From Utricularia gibba (lineage: Eukaryota > Plantae > Magnoliophyta), in NCBI GenBank assembly GCA_002189035.1, contig NEEC01000025.1, forward strand, positions 372,001-436,000: DNA of 64,000 bases, given 5' to 3'. The notes under the pieces were generated by a model that was not told the DNA's origin, did not search any database, and worked only from the letters and a program-made list of their open reading frames with translations. This document shows, one piece after another, positions 12,975 through 28,175 of the stretch. Each line of letters begins with the position of its first letter. The first letter of the stretch is position 1. The position numbers and the translations under genes were made by a program.

Positions 12975-14117
12975 AACAAATTATACATTAAGGAAAACTT
13001 ACTGACTCGACGATCCCAATCAGTACACCCTTCCATTTCTTTTTTTAATTAAACAAAAAAAATGATAGCTTATCCTGTCAATGCATTCAATAATATTAAT
13101 ATTATGTGGAATAGCGCGGTTTTTCAGTGCTGTGGGATTCAGTATTTGAATGTGATCCACAGTTCAACAGTTCCTAAAAAGGATTAATTTGAGGTCTACT
13201 GAATTCTCCCCCAATTCAATGCATTTAAATAATTATTTCTTTGGATATTATTCTAGAAACAAAACATCTCCTCCAAATGAGAAAAGTGTATAACGGCTGA
13301 CTTGAAAAAAAGACCATATTTAATTATTCTACTTTTCAAAAGCGACCCAAAAAAAATGAATTTGATTTGTTTTTTTAGAAGAACTAATTAATGAAACAAG
13401 AGTACATTTTGATTGGATCGACCTCGTTAAGAAAATGCATGGGATAAGATTTTTAAACATGGAAATAAAAATGTACGAAGAAAACCACCGAGCTGTCGTA
13501 TAAACTCCTTGTAATTGAAAATAAATAAAAAAAATTCCGAAAATATTCATACTAGACATAATATTTTTTAAATAAATTTAATACATAAAGAAGATACGTT
13601 TGTATTGTAGTTGGAATCACACCTTTAGCAAAGTTCATTTAGAAGATAAGTTTGTATTTTAATATACACTATGTAATAGATAACAAAATTCTCAAGATAT
13701 CTATTCATTTCTCATCAAATCTATAATTAACATTAAGTAATTTTTTTATGTTCTGTAATTACTCGTACACTCTCTTTCACGTACTACGAGGTCATTTGGT
13801 ATATGAATATTTATTGTATATAGATTAAATTTAAAAATAAACCTTCGTTTTAGTAACTACTTTTATTTTATCATGAATCAGTTCTAAAATTCGAATTTTG
13901 TTATTAAACCTAGTTTTTGGGTATTTTTGTCACTATTCTCATCGTCTCATGGCAGTGTTGTTATCGTGTCTTAGGTTTCACCGCGAAAATAGTTAAGAAA
14001 AAAGATTGGAAAAGGAAATAACTTCATTGAACATTTTTATTTTGCCGTGTCACAAACTTATTGTTTTGTTGTGCCACCATCTTCCTCTCTCGGAAGTTGT
14101 GCTCTCAGGGTTGAGCT

Positions 14118-15104
14118 TTAGTAGACCGGATACGAACCGTCGGTCGCAATTCCGCAGATTCCGGTGGACCCGACTCCGATCTGCATTCGAATGTATCCCT
14201 CCTCTCCCCAGGTAGTTCCCCATGAATTCTTCACTATCCAAAATGGCCCAGACAAGTCATACCCAACAACCGTCACGGCATGGTCCAAATTTGTACCGCA
14301 TGATCCTGTGAAAATCCCACCGGAGTACAACTGGAAGTCCTGTCCACTGGCGTCAATGCCTACGGCAACCGGCTGATTCGCCACCGCGGCTTGCAATGCA
14401 TCCTCGCTGCCGGATGTAACCGTCTGGTAGCTGGAGATGGTAGCAACGCTTTGGTAATTGCTTGAGGAGCAGGTTCCCTGAGTAGCGGTGTAAGGGTAAT
14501 CAGTTTCATCGGTGATGCCATTGTTGCCGATGATCCATTTGAATCCGTCCTCAGGCAGACCGCCGTTACAGCCGTTGCAGTACGTGTCACAGTCAACGAG
14601 CTCCTGCTCCGACAATGACGGTAAGGTTCCGGTCTTGATCGCGGTGATCCCTTCCACCGCAGCCACGGTTGCGAATGCCCAGCAGCTACCGCATTGGCCT
14701 TGGTTTTTGACAGGAGTGACAGCTCCCTGGGTTCTCCAATCTACACTCGATGGAAGGGTCAATTGACTTGCTTCCGATTGGTGCACCGGCGCGGCGGTAC
14801 GTGCCCGGGGTTTGTATGTGTTCCTTGCCCTGAACTCCTCATTAGTGAGATCAGCGAACTGGTTCGCCGCAAGTGTGTAAGACCGGCCGGCGGCGTTGAC
14901 GGATTCGATGTACTCCACGTTGCTCTTGAAGATCTTGAATCTCTCATTCTTCTCAGCTTCGTTCTTGTACACGCGGCCGTATTCCGCCATCCATTTCTCG
15001 TGCCTAGCGATCATCTCCGCATCAGGGTTAGCTCTCGCCTCCGCCTGGTAAACAGATGCCCCGAGCAGCAACAGGAGCGCCACGAAAACAACCCTCGACG
15101 CCAT
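14118..15104 (-). CDS. Papain-like cysteine protease CP2, intronless, 328 aa
   Basis: Single ORF from MASRVVFV to SYPVY; QGQCGSCW uninterrupted; LDHAV; KNSW. Confidence 0.96.
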   Translation of the reverse strand: MASRVVFVALLLLLGASVYQAEARANPDAEMIARHEKWMAEYGRVYKNEAEKNERFKIFKSNVEYIESVNAAGRSYTLAANQFADLTNEEFRARNTYKPRARTAAPVHQSEASQLTLPSSVDWRTQGAVTPVKNQGQCGSCWAFATVAAVEGITAIKTGTLPSLSEQELVDCDTYCNGCNGGLPEDGFKWIIGNNGITDETDYPYTATQGTCSSSNYQSVATISSYQTVTSGSEDALQAAVANQPVAVGIDASGQDFQLYSGGIFTGSCGTNLDHAVTVVGYDLSGPFWIVKNSWGTTWGEEGYIRMQIGVGSTGICGIATDGSYPVY

Positions 15105-15164
15105 GGCCTGAGAAGATGCAAGATGCGAAGGAGGAGAAGTGATGATTGAAGTGGAGATGGGGAG

Positions 15165-15290
15165 CCTATTTATACAAAGAGTTTACACCCGGTTTCAGAG
15201 GAGAGGTCAATTAAATGCCTATAAGCATATATAGATACAAGAATTCCTTTCCACCATTTTCTCAAATCACTTCAATTGGTCAATGCCGTT
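15165..15290 (-). promoter_or_regulatory. CP2 promoter: TATA, two W-boxes, shared AAGAATTCCTT motif
   Basis: TATAAATA on - near 15167-15174; GGTCAA (TTGACC on -) at 15205-15210 and 15278-15283; AAGAATTCCTT at 15239-15249, also present in the CP3 and CP4 promoters. Confidence 0.5.
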
Positions 15291-16551
15291 GGCTGTTGAA
15301 GTAAACAAAGGTTCAAACTTCCATTTGTCAAATCGTGAAAAAAATATAAGGGTATGTTTGATATTCAATAAACATTTCAACTTTTATTGGAACACAAATA
15401 AGTCAACTTCTCAAAAAAATTGAAACATGTTTCATGTTTATGTGGAACAAAAGTAACACGTGTTTTATTCGAAAATCACTCTAAAATTTACATTTGGACA
15501 TGATACTCTTGTTAGAAGATGAATTAATATTATGAAGAGGCAAACAAACAAACAAAAAATAACTGGGTATCTCTTCCTGTAATAATAAATAGTAAGCATC
15601 AAAACCCTAACGCAGTAGAGAAGTTTGGTTTGTAAAAGTGCATGGAATTGGAGCCTGACGACTCCACGCTCAATCATTACATCTAAATGCCATCCACCGA
15701 TTCGTCCACTTCGGAATTCCAAATCACCTTCTACACTAATTACATGCATTAAAAGACAATAAAGAACAAACCCTTTGTTTTCTAGTAGTTAATTAAATGG
15801 GATTAGTTGAGTATTTATCACATATTTGATCGAAAAATTTATAATTTGATTTATATACTCATAATTAAATAAACTCCTTACTATAGTGGGATTAATGAAA
15901 CCAATCTCACACATGATTTTATATTTCGATATAAATAAAATCTTAAATAAAAAAAGCATGGGATTAGTTTTTTGTTTTTTTTTTAATGGAAGCCCTTAAA
16001 TTTTGGCCTCTACTTTTGCAAAAAAAGAAAAAAAATCAATTTTAATCCATGCATTTCATATGGCATTAATAATTTATTACATTGAAAAACCCCTCTTATA
16101 GGTTATAAGATAAGAGCAAGTTTCCCTATCTTTTTGATTCTCAGGCAAGATGAATCTATCTAAATGCATAGCTATGTAGGGTTCCATTATTGAGTTTCAA
16201 ACTTACTTTAATTCAATATCCAAATGGACAGGGGAGGGATCATCTTTTTTAGGTGGGATTTTATAACTCTTCTTACTCTTCCAAAAACAAAAGAATATAT
16301 ATTCACTATTTATTTCTTGGATGTGTCAAATAAATGCACATAAGTTGCTAATTGTTTTTATTGTATTTTTCATCGACTTTTCAATGTTATGGAATATAAT
16401 TCACTTTCATATGCTGCTTTTTAATATGTTTTCGTGAATATAATATAAAAAAGATAGAAAAGGAAAATAGGTTCATTGAAATGGAATCCATGAACATTCT
16501 CCTGTTCTTGTTATTTTTGTGTGTTGTGTGTGCGATGTTGCACCCCTACTT

Positions 16552-17546
16552 TCAATAGATGGGATACGAAGGATCCATGGCGATTCCACAGACGCCGTAC
16601 TTGGTGACACCCATCGCCATGTAAATGTATCCCTCATCTCCCCAATCCGTGCCCCAAGAGTTCTTCACGATCCAGTAATCCCCGCCGCTACCAGTGCTGT
16701 ACCCTACAACAGTCACGGCATGGTCCAAATCCGTGCCACATGTTGATGAGGAGAAAATCCCACTTGAATAAGACTGGAAATCATCTCCAGCGGCATCAAT
16801 AGCCACGGCGACGGGTTGGATGGCCACCGCCGCTTTCAGCGCAGACTCACTGTCGGCTGTAACGTCAGCATAGCTTGAGATCGTGGCAACGTTGCTGTAA
16901 TAGTCCGATGAGCAATATCCGTCTTCAGCGGTGTAAGGGTAGTCATCCTCGGATGTGATGCCGTTGTTGTTGATGATCCACTGGAATCCCGATTGTGAAG
17001 TGCCGCCGTTACAGCCATCGGAATCTGTGTCGCAATCCACCAGCTCCTGCTCTGATAATGACGGTAAGGTTCCGGTCTTGATCGCGGTGATTCCTTCCAC
17101 TGCAGCAACAGTAGCGAATGCCCAACAGCTACCGCATTGTCCCTGATCCTTTACGGGAGTGACAGCTCCTTTGGTTCTCCAATCTATGCTCGCCGGAGGA
17201 GTTACTTGAAGTGGCTTCGAATGGTGAACCGGCGCAGCAGTGCGTGGCCGAGGCTTGTACTTGTTCCTTGCCCTAAACTCCTGGTTGGTGAGATCAGTGA
17301 ACTTGTTCTCTGCAAGCTTGTAAGAAAGGCCGGCAGCATTCACAGAGTCGATGTGCTCCACATTCTTCTTGAAGATCTGGAATCTCTCCGCCTTCTCAGC
17401 ATCATTCTTGTACACACGCCCGTATTTCGCCATCCATTTCTCATGTCTTGCGACTATGTCGGCATCAGGGTTGGCTCTCGCCTCCGCCTGATAACTCGCC
17501 ACCCCAAAAGCAAGAGGACTGCAACCAAGAAAACCCTAGACGCCAT
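16552..17546 (-). CDS. Papain-like cysteine protease CP3, intronless, with a 1-bp frameshift in the signal peptide
   Basis: ATG at 17546 ([15 protein letters not shown]). One more G in the run at 17502-17505 joins it to the open frame [13 protein letters not shown]...SYPIY. Catalytic Q, C, H and N are intact. Confidence 0.88.
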
Positions 17547-19215
17547 ACCTAAAGAAGATAGATGTAGTGATGATTGAAGTGCAGTAGCAGACAGGTATTT
17601 ATAGAAGTAAAGCTACGCCTTATCGGAGACCGGAACTTCCCGATTCAGCTGCCTCTGAGAGAATATACAGATAGGCCCAAGAATTCCTTGAGCTCAATTA
17701 CTGCAGTGAATTAAATTGGTCAGCATAGCTGACTTTCGGTTGATAATACAGTTATTACAGTTGAATTCTTTGTTATTCCAAGTGCACCCTGTCCACATAC
17801 ACCATCGCTGAATAAATCCGTCGGGTTGAAAGTTGAAACTTTATAGATGGTTTAAAAAGAAGTTTAGTCTAAGTTTTGTTTCTATTTTACAATTTAATCC
17901 ATCATTTAGAACAAAAAAATTATTAATAACATGAGTTAAATGTATATTAATTATCAACATAATTTATTCACCGGAAAAAATAACATATAGATTTGATTTT
18001 TATAATAGAAAACAAAGAGTTAATAATTTATATCTTCTTTTCTAAAAATATATATAACGTTATCATTACCTCTAATTTTTGTACACATTATACGATAATT
18101 TAATATTTTTAATTGTAAATTTAATGCAAATCATATTGTTCAATATTTCAACCAGTAGATTTTTTAGAAGATTCAATGAAATTTGTTATTCCATTATTAG
18201 GATATCGTTAATCATAATATTGATAAATAATATAATATTTTAATAAAAATATAATATTAAAATAATATTTTATCATATAAATAAAAGTGATGCCAAAGAA
18301 TAACATAACTAAAAATTATTTAGTATACTTCTCAAATATTATATTGATATTATATCAGTTTTTAATATATTATTTATACACCAATTAAATTATTGAATAT
18401 TATATCAAATCATAAAATAAATTTTACAAATATGCTGACTTGACATGACGCAATTATTAAGTAATAAATTATCAATTTGTTTTTAATCTACTAATAAATC
18501 ATTGAAATCATCTTCATAGTAGCAATTTATCAAATAGAAAATAAACAATCTGTTTTTAATCTATTCCTAACTGAATAGTGTTCATGCAAGAAAATTTTTC
18601 AAATAGTGATCTGAAAAATTTATTTTCTTCTTGTGTTCCTTCTTCTTTGATTTTCTTGGTCTTCTCCTCTTGAGAGATTGTTCTTCATCAAAGTCCACCC
18701 TGCATTTACTGTAATCTCACTTGAAAAGATATTTTTCCTTCCCTCTTATCTCACCTCCTCCTGATTTGTGTGTACATTCTTTACTTTTTCTATATTTTTC
18801 TCTTTTTGGTTCCATTTTTAATATAACTTCTCTAGAATAGGTTCTGCCATATATAATTTTTTGACTTTTCGGGATGTGAGTCATTGGGTGTGAAACTTTA
18901 CTCAAATAAATGAAATTAAATCAAGATTAGGACTATGTTCTTAGTTATCTTATTTGAATATAGTTTTCATATTATTGATTATTTGATATTTATGTTAATG
19001 AGGTGCATATATAAATTACTTCAATCATTTTTTAGTCATTTTTCGTAATTCCATGTGTGTTTTATATTTATGATTAAACAAGTAGGGAAACGTGACCGAA
19101 AACAACTTCATTGATGGTGAACCATATGATTTCTCATGTTGCCTCGTGCCGTATCATTTATTTGCTAGCAGCACAACTATGTGATACGGATGATCCCGGG
19201 AGAGAGGGGTTTTGT

Positions 19216-20308
<1,093 letters not shown>

Positions 20309-20890
20309 TCTCAGGGATGCTTCAGTTGCCGGAGAAGACAAGTTGGGTGTAGGTTGGTGGAAGTGGAGTGGCGAAGGGGTATTTATAGATGCTCATACCC
20401 AGATCAATTAAAACCCTACGAGAGTAGACATAAGAATTCCTTGATTGCCATTTTCCAAATCATTGAATGGGTCAGCATCGTTCCAGATGTCAAACACAAA
20501 ACCATGGGTTTTAATGGAACCAAATTCTGAGATACCAAACTATTTCCATGAACATACTGTGGGTGTTTCCTTTGCAAATTTCATATTTTAGTATTACCCT
20601 CATCAAGGCATTTAGGCCTCATTTGATTGATAGTTTAAAATTTTCATAGGTTTATGGATCTATATGAAAAATAATGTTGATATCAGAGTTTAGTATATTT
20701 GGATGATAAAATACTTGAAAGAACCATGTGTAGCTCACGAATTAGGAACCTTGTCTTTGAGGATGCAAAAATTGTATAGTATTTTTACTCAAGAAACGAG
20801 CATGTGATTTCTTTTAGACAGTGTATAATTTATAAGTAAAATTTGTAACTCAAAGGTAAAAAAAAATAGCCATTAGGATAGCAGATTTAA

Positions 20891-21271
20891 GGTATGTTTA
20901 TTTTCGCTTCATTAAAAACGCTTAAAAAATGCTTTTATTGAAGTGATTTTGTTGAAGCAAAAACTGTTTTCAAAATTACTCTAAATTCTTATGAAGCCTT
21001 AAGATCTCATTTTCTTGAAGTGGCCTAGTAGAAAAGAATGAAGCGTTAAATATCGTAGAAAAATAATGTGAGAGAAAAAGAGTATTTTTGAATTAAAAAT
21101 ATTAAAGTGCTTTAAAATTTGATAGAAGCGATTATAAATCTGTTTCAAAAAAAGTTGAAGCGCTTAGAAGTGCTTCAATGTTTCATTTCAAAAAAAAAAA
21201 AATTATTTATGTTTTCAATAAAATCACTTCAAAATCACTTAATTTGAAATAGAAGCGGAATAATCAGACAT
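20891..21271. mobile_element. Degenerate Tourist-like MITE
   Basis: Left end GTATGTTTATTTTCGCTTC...TTGAAGTGATTTTGTTGAA versus right-end reverse complement GTCTGATTATTCCGCTTC...TTGAAGTGATTTTATTGAA. About 380 bp, AT-rich; no clean TSD. Confidence 0.4.
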
Positions 21272-23674
21272 TTACTTCATTTTCTACCTATGGGCTCTTA
21301 CTCGTGTAGGCTGCTCCATTTTTTCTATCCGTTGGGCCAGTATTAGTTTGCATGTACCATTGGGCTCAATCGTTCATATTTGCCCTAGTTTTTTGGTTTT
21401 TCCTCCATCTTCTTCCTTGTGTTGCTGCTCAAGGTAGAGTTCATGTGCTTCGCACAGTTTCACAAGGAAATAAGGATTATCTCATCACAATTCAACAATA
21501 ATTTGTATTTAATATCTTGAATTAATAGAAATTATAATATTGTCTCAGTGAATTTAATATAAATTTAGTAGTTTCCTAAACTCTCGGTATATTTCTCTGA
21601 GGCATCACTAGTGAGTGATTCATCCATCAAATCTGAGTGGGCAAATAGGGAGGAAAGTGAAAATAAAGTAACTAAGAGAATTAAAAAAATAATTAGCAAG
21701 GACAAAAAAGTCTTTTTAAAGTTGGGTATAAAAATATCTATGCCATGTCTAGGTGCACACATACCCATAGGAAAGGATATTTGGCAGATATTTTTATATC
21801 AGAAATTATAATTTTTCTAAATGTATAATAAACCAACCCTAGTCTGTCACATCAAATGTTTCAGCAAAAAAAAAAAAGAACTATAGAACATTTCAGATAA
21901 GTTGAATAATCTTAATCAGAACTATTTGAAAAAATACAATTTGTGAACTATCAATGGATATGAATGCAATAAATCAATGCTTTTTAAAATTTAAGTTGAT
22001 ATGAATGGATAACTAATTCATTAAATTCTTTAAAAAATTATATAAAATAAGTTTTTTATTCGACTTCATAAGTATACTTAGATATAACTAACTTTTATGT
22101 TAAAAAAATTTACAGATAACAAAAAACATCATATCAAACATCCTCTTAGGGATCATTTTCTTACAAACGATCATTCTTAAGAGCTATGTGGGATGAGTTA
22201 ATACCTGTTGAAAAGCATGGTTTGGTTTTGGGTTCTTTAGTCCACTCTTGGGATATTTTCTCTATTACGCGCTACGAAGCACAGAATTTTGACTATAGGA
22301 ATGGATTTTGGCAGGGAAGAATTCCAGAAGCATTTAAATCTCCACATCACCTTCACCCCATTCTTCATCTCTTAGGGCTTGTCATCAAATCAACCCCAGC
22401 AATAGTTTCTCCACAGGGATATCCTTACAAAAACACGACCATCTGAATAATGGGGTTTAATAAATATTTTTGATGACTGAAGGATCTACGGTGAATCCGT
22501 GCTATTTTTAGATTCACATCTTCGGAAATGTGAATGGGTGGATTTAGGCCAGTTCTACATATGAACATAGTTCTGCTGTTGATAAACTAGCCATGCAATA
22601 TTTACTCTTTGAACGTAGAGCGTGGACCAGCGAATCCAACCTGTCATTAATGTTAAAACATTCTTGACAGCAGGCCGGCTGCTTAGACAGAATGGACTCT
22701 ATGATTAGCACATTAATTTGGGATGTATTAGAAAACCAATTTTTTAGTTTTCAATATAAGGCTTGGTGCCAGTTTGACATTGTATTTTAATGTGTTTGTG
22801 GGATTAATTTGCATAAAAATGAAAATTTTGGTAAAACTCAATATATTTGTAATAAAAAAAAATAGAATATTAGCTATATATCATAACCTTGGCTACCACA
22901 ATTCTGAAGGTTTTTTGATAGTATGTATACAAAATTTATACTCAAGTTTACACATAAATCGTTGTTTAATTAATTATAATATATATAATAGTTTTATATA
23001 TACTCATTTTTTAAGATGATATACATAAATTGAAGTGGAAGCTATTATATCTATACTTAAACATACTAATATTTTACTATCAAGCGACCTATTCATAAGA
23101 TGTCATGATTTGAGCTTGATCCATATTCAAAATGATAGTTCCTACTTTAAGGGGGAATTTAATCTTTATGTGTGTCGTACATGGATTCATATCAAAGAAA
23201 TTTATCCTCATTCTTTCGAATATGATGTTGAACGCCATCTGAGATCACACCACAATGAATTCACGGTCTTGTAACCATGTGAAGCTTTCATAATCTAGGG
23301 TTTATAATACATGGCGTTAAGTAGTAATTAACATATATCTTTATAATTGAATGCAAAGTAACCTTCAAACTTAGGAATTCATATCTTTCATTTTTTTCTG
23401 TACATTTTTTTGGGAAAAGAGAGAAATCAATATCATGTAAGAAGTCATTAACAGGTGGCTATGTGGCCTCTAACTATGCAACAAAACCTATATTTTCTTC
23501 TTTAACTGCATTACAACTATTAATTTGTCGCAATGACTGTCACTGATTCTGTAAAATTTTTCCATAGACCTCCGATGGCTATCTGCAGCACTGTGTTGCT
23601 GGCCGAATTGATCATTGTGGGATGCGATATGGGTTGTATAAATACCCCTTTCCACCTCCTGAAAGTCACAAACA

Positions 23675-24758
23675 ATGGAGTTCAAGGTTTTCTTCACCGC
23701 TCTCCTCCTGCTTCTCGGAGCTCTGGCTTACCACTCTGAGGCCAGAGCGAACCCGGACGCCGAGATGATCGCTAGACATGAGAGATGGATGGCGCGATTT
23801 GGGCGCGTGTACAAGGACGAAGCTGAGAAGGCTAAGAGGTTCCAGATCTTCAAGCAAAACGCAGAACACATCGACTCCGTCAACGCCGCCGGTCTCTCTT
23901 ACAAGCTCGGTGAGAATGCTTTCGCCGATCTTACCAACGAGGAGTTCCGTGCGTCGAGGAATAGATACACTCGACATCATGCACGTTGTGCTACGCAATT
24001 CAAATACGACGCCGTGGATCTACAGAAGGTTCCGACGAGCGTCGACTGGAGAACCAAAGGAGCCGTCACTCCTATCAAGGATCAAGGCCAATGCGGTAAT
24101 CGATCAGAATCCATGCAATTAGCAGTTTACTAGAAACCAAAATGGGGGTTTATAAAATAAAAGGGTTTTCAATGGTGCAGGTAGCTGTTGGGCTTTCTCG
24201 ACAATAGCAGCGACTGAAGGAATACATGAGATCAAAACCGGGAAACTAGTTTCCTTATCGGAGCAGGAGCTGGTAGATTGCGACAAGACGGATTACGGCT
24301 GTGAGGGTGGTGAAATGCAAAATGGATTCGAATTCATCGTCAAAAACGGTATCACAACAGAATCCAACTACCCCTACGCCGCCGCCGACGACACCTGCAA
24401 CACCAAGAAGATGAAGCCCATTGCCGCCACCCTCACCGGCTACCAGAACGTCCCTGCCAACAACGAGACTGCGCTGCAATTGGCCGCCGTGAATCAACCT
24501 ATCTCGGTGGCCATCGACGCCAGCGGATCGGACTTTCAGCTCTATACATCTGGAATTTTCGCAGGATCATGCGGTACCGACTTGGATCACGGCGTGACGT
24601 TAGTCGGGTACGGAGTTTCCGGGAAGACCAAGTATTGGATTGTGAAGAACTCATGGGGCACCAGCTGGGGAGAGCAGGGTTACATCCGGATGAAGAGGGG
24701 TGTCGGTAAAGCTGGAATTTGTGGAATCGCAATGGATGCTTCCTATCCAACCGCCTGA
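23675..24758 (+). CDS. Papain-like cysteine protease CP5
   Basis: Exons 23675-24095 and 24181-24758; TATAAATA at about 23638; [17 protein letters not shown]; intact frame. Confidence 0.96.
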
Positions 24759-26411
24759 ACTGATACTTCCTAGAACCTTCGAGTGTCCCGTCGCGTCGTC
24801 TCTTTTGTAATAAATAATTGCAAAAAAAAACAAAAAAATAAAATAAAACGCCCTCTTTTTTCAATCAATTAGTTCATCCAAACCAGAGGAAACTGTTATT
24901 ATAAAAATCTAAACACGGGAGTGTTTGAGTTGCAGTAGTTATGTTTGGGTGCGCGATAGACTACAGCCCCAATGTGATGATTACGTATATAATAAACGTA
25001 TATAACATTCAAATAAATCAGATTCAATCAATTATTAATGATTTATAATGTTTTTATATATTTAATTATATTATTATTTTTTGATATAAAATTATTTATT
25101 TTAATATTTACAAAGATTATAGTATCAATAATTCAGACGCCCCATGTAGGTATGTTGTGTGAGGCACGGCACCCACACGGTTTCATATTTGTTTACATGT
25201 TATATTGATCCCGGTCGTATAGAAATTAAGGGATCAATCAGTTAAACGAATATATGTGAAGTTCAAATTAATTATTAGTGATTTATAATTTTTTATATAT
25301 TTAATTATGTGAATTTCAAATTCGAATGTGAGATTTTTTATTCCAAAAGAATGATGTGAATTGAAATGCGATTGCGCAAGGCTCCTCAGAGGATGCATTA
25401 ATGTGTCGTCTTCGAATCAAATCCCACATTTAATCCAACTACTAGAAGCTGAAGAACGTTGATTCCACATTCGGGAAGCCATGGAATTTTCCTACGCCCA
25501 TCTTCAAGACAAACATTCCACACCCATTTTCAAGAACTAAGTTGTTTAAAGATAATTAATTGGCACACGGCTTTTGAAGAATCATTTCCAGTTGCATAAA
25601 TTACGCTTCACTGAGTAAAGAGAATATTCAAAACTGAATCTTGAATATCTATCCGAATGTTGGGTGTCGATGAGCTGGACCAATGAACACCCTTTTTTTT
25701 TAAAAAAAGCACTATTATTATTTTTAGCACCATAATTCATATAGTGTGGATATTAAATTATTAAGAATTAATTTTATAAACAATGAAAATTAATTGTGCC
25801 ATTGTTTTGAAAAAAAACGAACTAATTATCTCAAATTTTTAAACAATCATGATAATAGTAAAATAGTAATGATTATATTTGTAATTTTCATAAATAATAA
25901 GGATAAATTATACCAATGAGATATAATATTAATTCTATTAATTAAATATCATATAAAAATAACCATTTTACATCATTTTTATCTCTTTTTAAATGAATTA
26001 TATTATTTTTTCATTTTAATTTCTGTGTACTTTCGATAAAAATATTCATACAAAATTAAGAGTATCCATTTATTTAAACATATCCGGTCCGTAACCAATC
26101 AGCTACAAAGACACAAAATATTAAATTATTTTTTGTTATTATTTTACTATGAAAGGCATTTAAAAAGCGAACAAAGAGGAAGCAAGATCAATTTTAAAGT
26201 CCTTTTTTCCTTGTTCATTATTTATGTCCTTCGAAGAAACAAAAATGGCGCCGGAGGAAGTCCCCTGTCCTCTCTATTCATAGGGATTTTGACGAGGGGA
26301 GTGTATGTAATGGATTTGATCTCTCGATCAAGCACTATAAATACCTTCTGCCACCCAACACCAATTCCCATCTCTCCTTTTCCGCAGTAGAGCTCAAGCA
26401 TCCGCCCAGCA

Positions 26412-27510
26412 ATGGCGTCCAAGCTTGTTTTCGTTGCGATGCTCTTGGTTTTGCTGCCACTGGTGTACCATGCCGAGGCAAGGTCTAACCCCGATGCGGC
26501 GATGATCGCACGGCACCAGAGATGGATGGCGCGACAGGGTCGTGTGTACAAAGATGCTGAGGAGAAGGCTTACAGATTCCAGATCTTCAAGCGCAATGCC
26601 GAGTTCATCGACGCCATCAACGCAGCCGATCTCTCCTACAAGCTCGGTGAGAACGCGTTCGCCGATCTCACTAACGAGGAGTTTCGTGCGTCTAGGAACA
26701 GGTACACCAAATCTGATCACACTGTCGGGACTCCATCTCCTTATGCAAAAGTAGATGCATCAGCGATTCCAGAGAGCATCGACTGGAGGGCTAAAGGTGC
26801 TGTCACACCCGTGAAGGATCAAGGCCAGTGTGGTAAGAATGCCAAGCGGCCCTCGACAATACGATTGATTTCAAGTTGGGTGCCATTTGTAATTCTTGAT
26901 GAGTGTGTGTTGACAAATATTTGCAGGTAGTTGTTGGGCGTTCTCGACGGTGGCCGCCGTGGAAGGTATCCATCAGATAACTACCGGAAACCTAGTGTCA
27001 CTATCAGAGCAAGAGTTGGTAGACTGTGACACCACGGATCAAGGTTGCAACGGCGGGGAGATGCAAAACGGCTTCCAGTTCATCATAAACAACGGCGGAA
27101 TCACGACAGAAGACAACTACCCATACACAGCAGAGAACGGAACATGCAACACCAACCTGTTGACACCAGTCGCTGCAACCATCACTGGCTACAGTAGCCT
27201 TCCAGTCAGCGAGTCCGCATTGCAGGCGGCGGTCGCCAATCAGCCCGTCTCCGTGGCTATCGATGCGAGTAGCTTGTTCTTTCAGTTCTACTTTGGCGGT
27301 ATTTTCAGTTCAAGCTTCTGTGGGACGACCTTAGATCACGGCGTCACGGTGGTTGGATACGATACCACCGGCTCCACTCCATATTGGATTGTGAAGAACT
27401 CCTGGGGAAGCAGCTGGGGAGAGTCGGGATACATCAGGATGAAGATGGGCGCCAACTCCCCTAATGGACTTTGTGGAATTGCCATGGATGCTTCTTACCC
27501 GATAGCTTGA
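26412..27510 (+). CDS. Papain-like cysteine protease CP6
   Basis: Exons 26412-26832 and 26927-27510; TATAAATA at about 26336; [17 protein letters not shown]; intact frame. Confidence 0.96.
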
Positions 27511-27655
27511 GATTGCCTGGTGACCGTACTGGTAACCAATAAAACAAACCTCGAGTGAGTTTGTCTGCTAGGCCTTTGCTTGACTTCCTTGTCATAAAAA
27601 GAAATAAACTGGCATTGTCTCCAACGGATACTTTCTGAAAATGGATACATTTGCC

Positions 27656-28175
27656 TAGGGATGAAAGTTAAAGTCAAAGCCCGTGGGCTGGCCCGGCTCG
27701 GCCCTTAAAAACAAAGAGCTTGGGCTTAGACATTGATGACCCAAAAAATTGTCGGGCTTTCTGGCTCGAATTCCTAAACCCTTAGGGTCGATTGAGCTTC
27801 GGGCCTTAAAGCCCGATGGGCTTAGGGCTAATTTAAAAATAGGATTTTTATATATAATAATTATAATTATTTTTAATTTTGAATAATTTAAATTTATTTT
27901 ATATAAAATATTAATTTTTAGGATAGACAATATGAATTAATAATTTATATAATAATTTAAAATTTTTTCTTTAAATTATTTAAATAATATAAAAATGTAT
28001 ATTAATGTTCAATAATTTTTTAAATTTATTTATTTATTATATGGTAGGCCCGTGGGCCGGCCTAATGAATAATCGGATTAAGGCCATATTAATCATATTT
28101 TTATGTAATCGGGCTTTAACCCGGCCCTCTGAAATAGAGTCGGGCCGGCTCGGCTGGGCCCAACTTTCATCTCTA
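27656..28175. mobile_element. Non-autonomous hAT-type MITE, 520 bp
   Basis: TIRs TAGGGATGAAAGTT (27656-27669) and reverse complement TAGAGATGAAAGTT (28162-28175), 13/14 identical. Perfect 8-bp TSD CATTTGCC at 27648-27655 and 28176-28183. GGGCC/GGCCC-rich subterminal repeats around an AT-rich core. Confidence 0.92.

Noticed and set aside
22184-22194. snRNA USE-like ATCCCACATAG on - (similar motifs at 1790, 25421, 47433, 53640)
   Set aside because: No TATA at the expected spacing and no snRNA-like sequence downstream.
22186-22446. 86-aa ORF between CP4 and CP5
   Set aside because: No recognisable domain; other frames contain stops.
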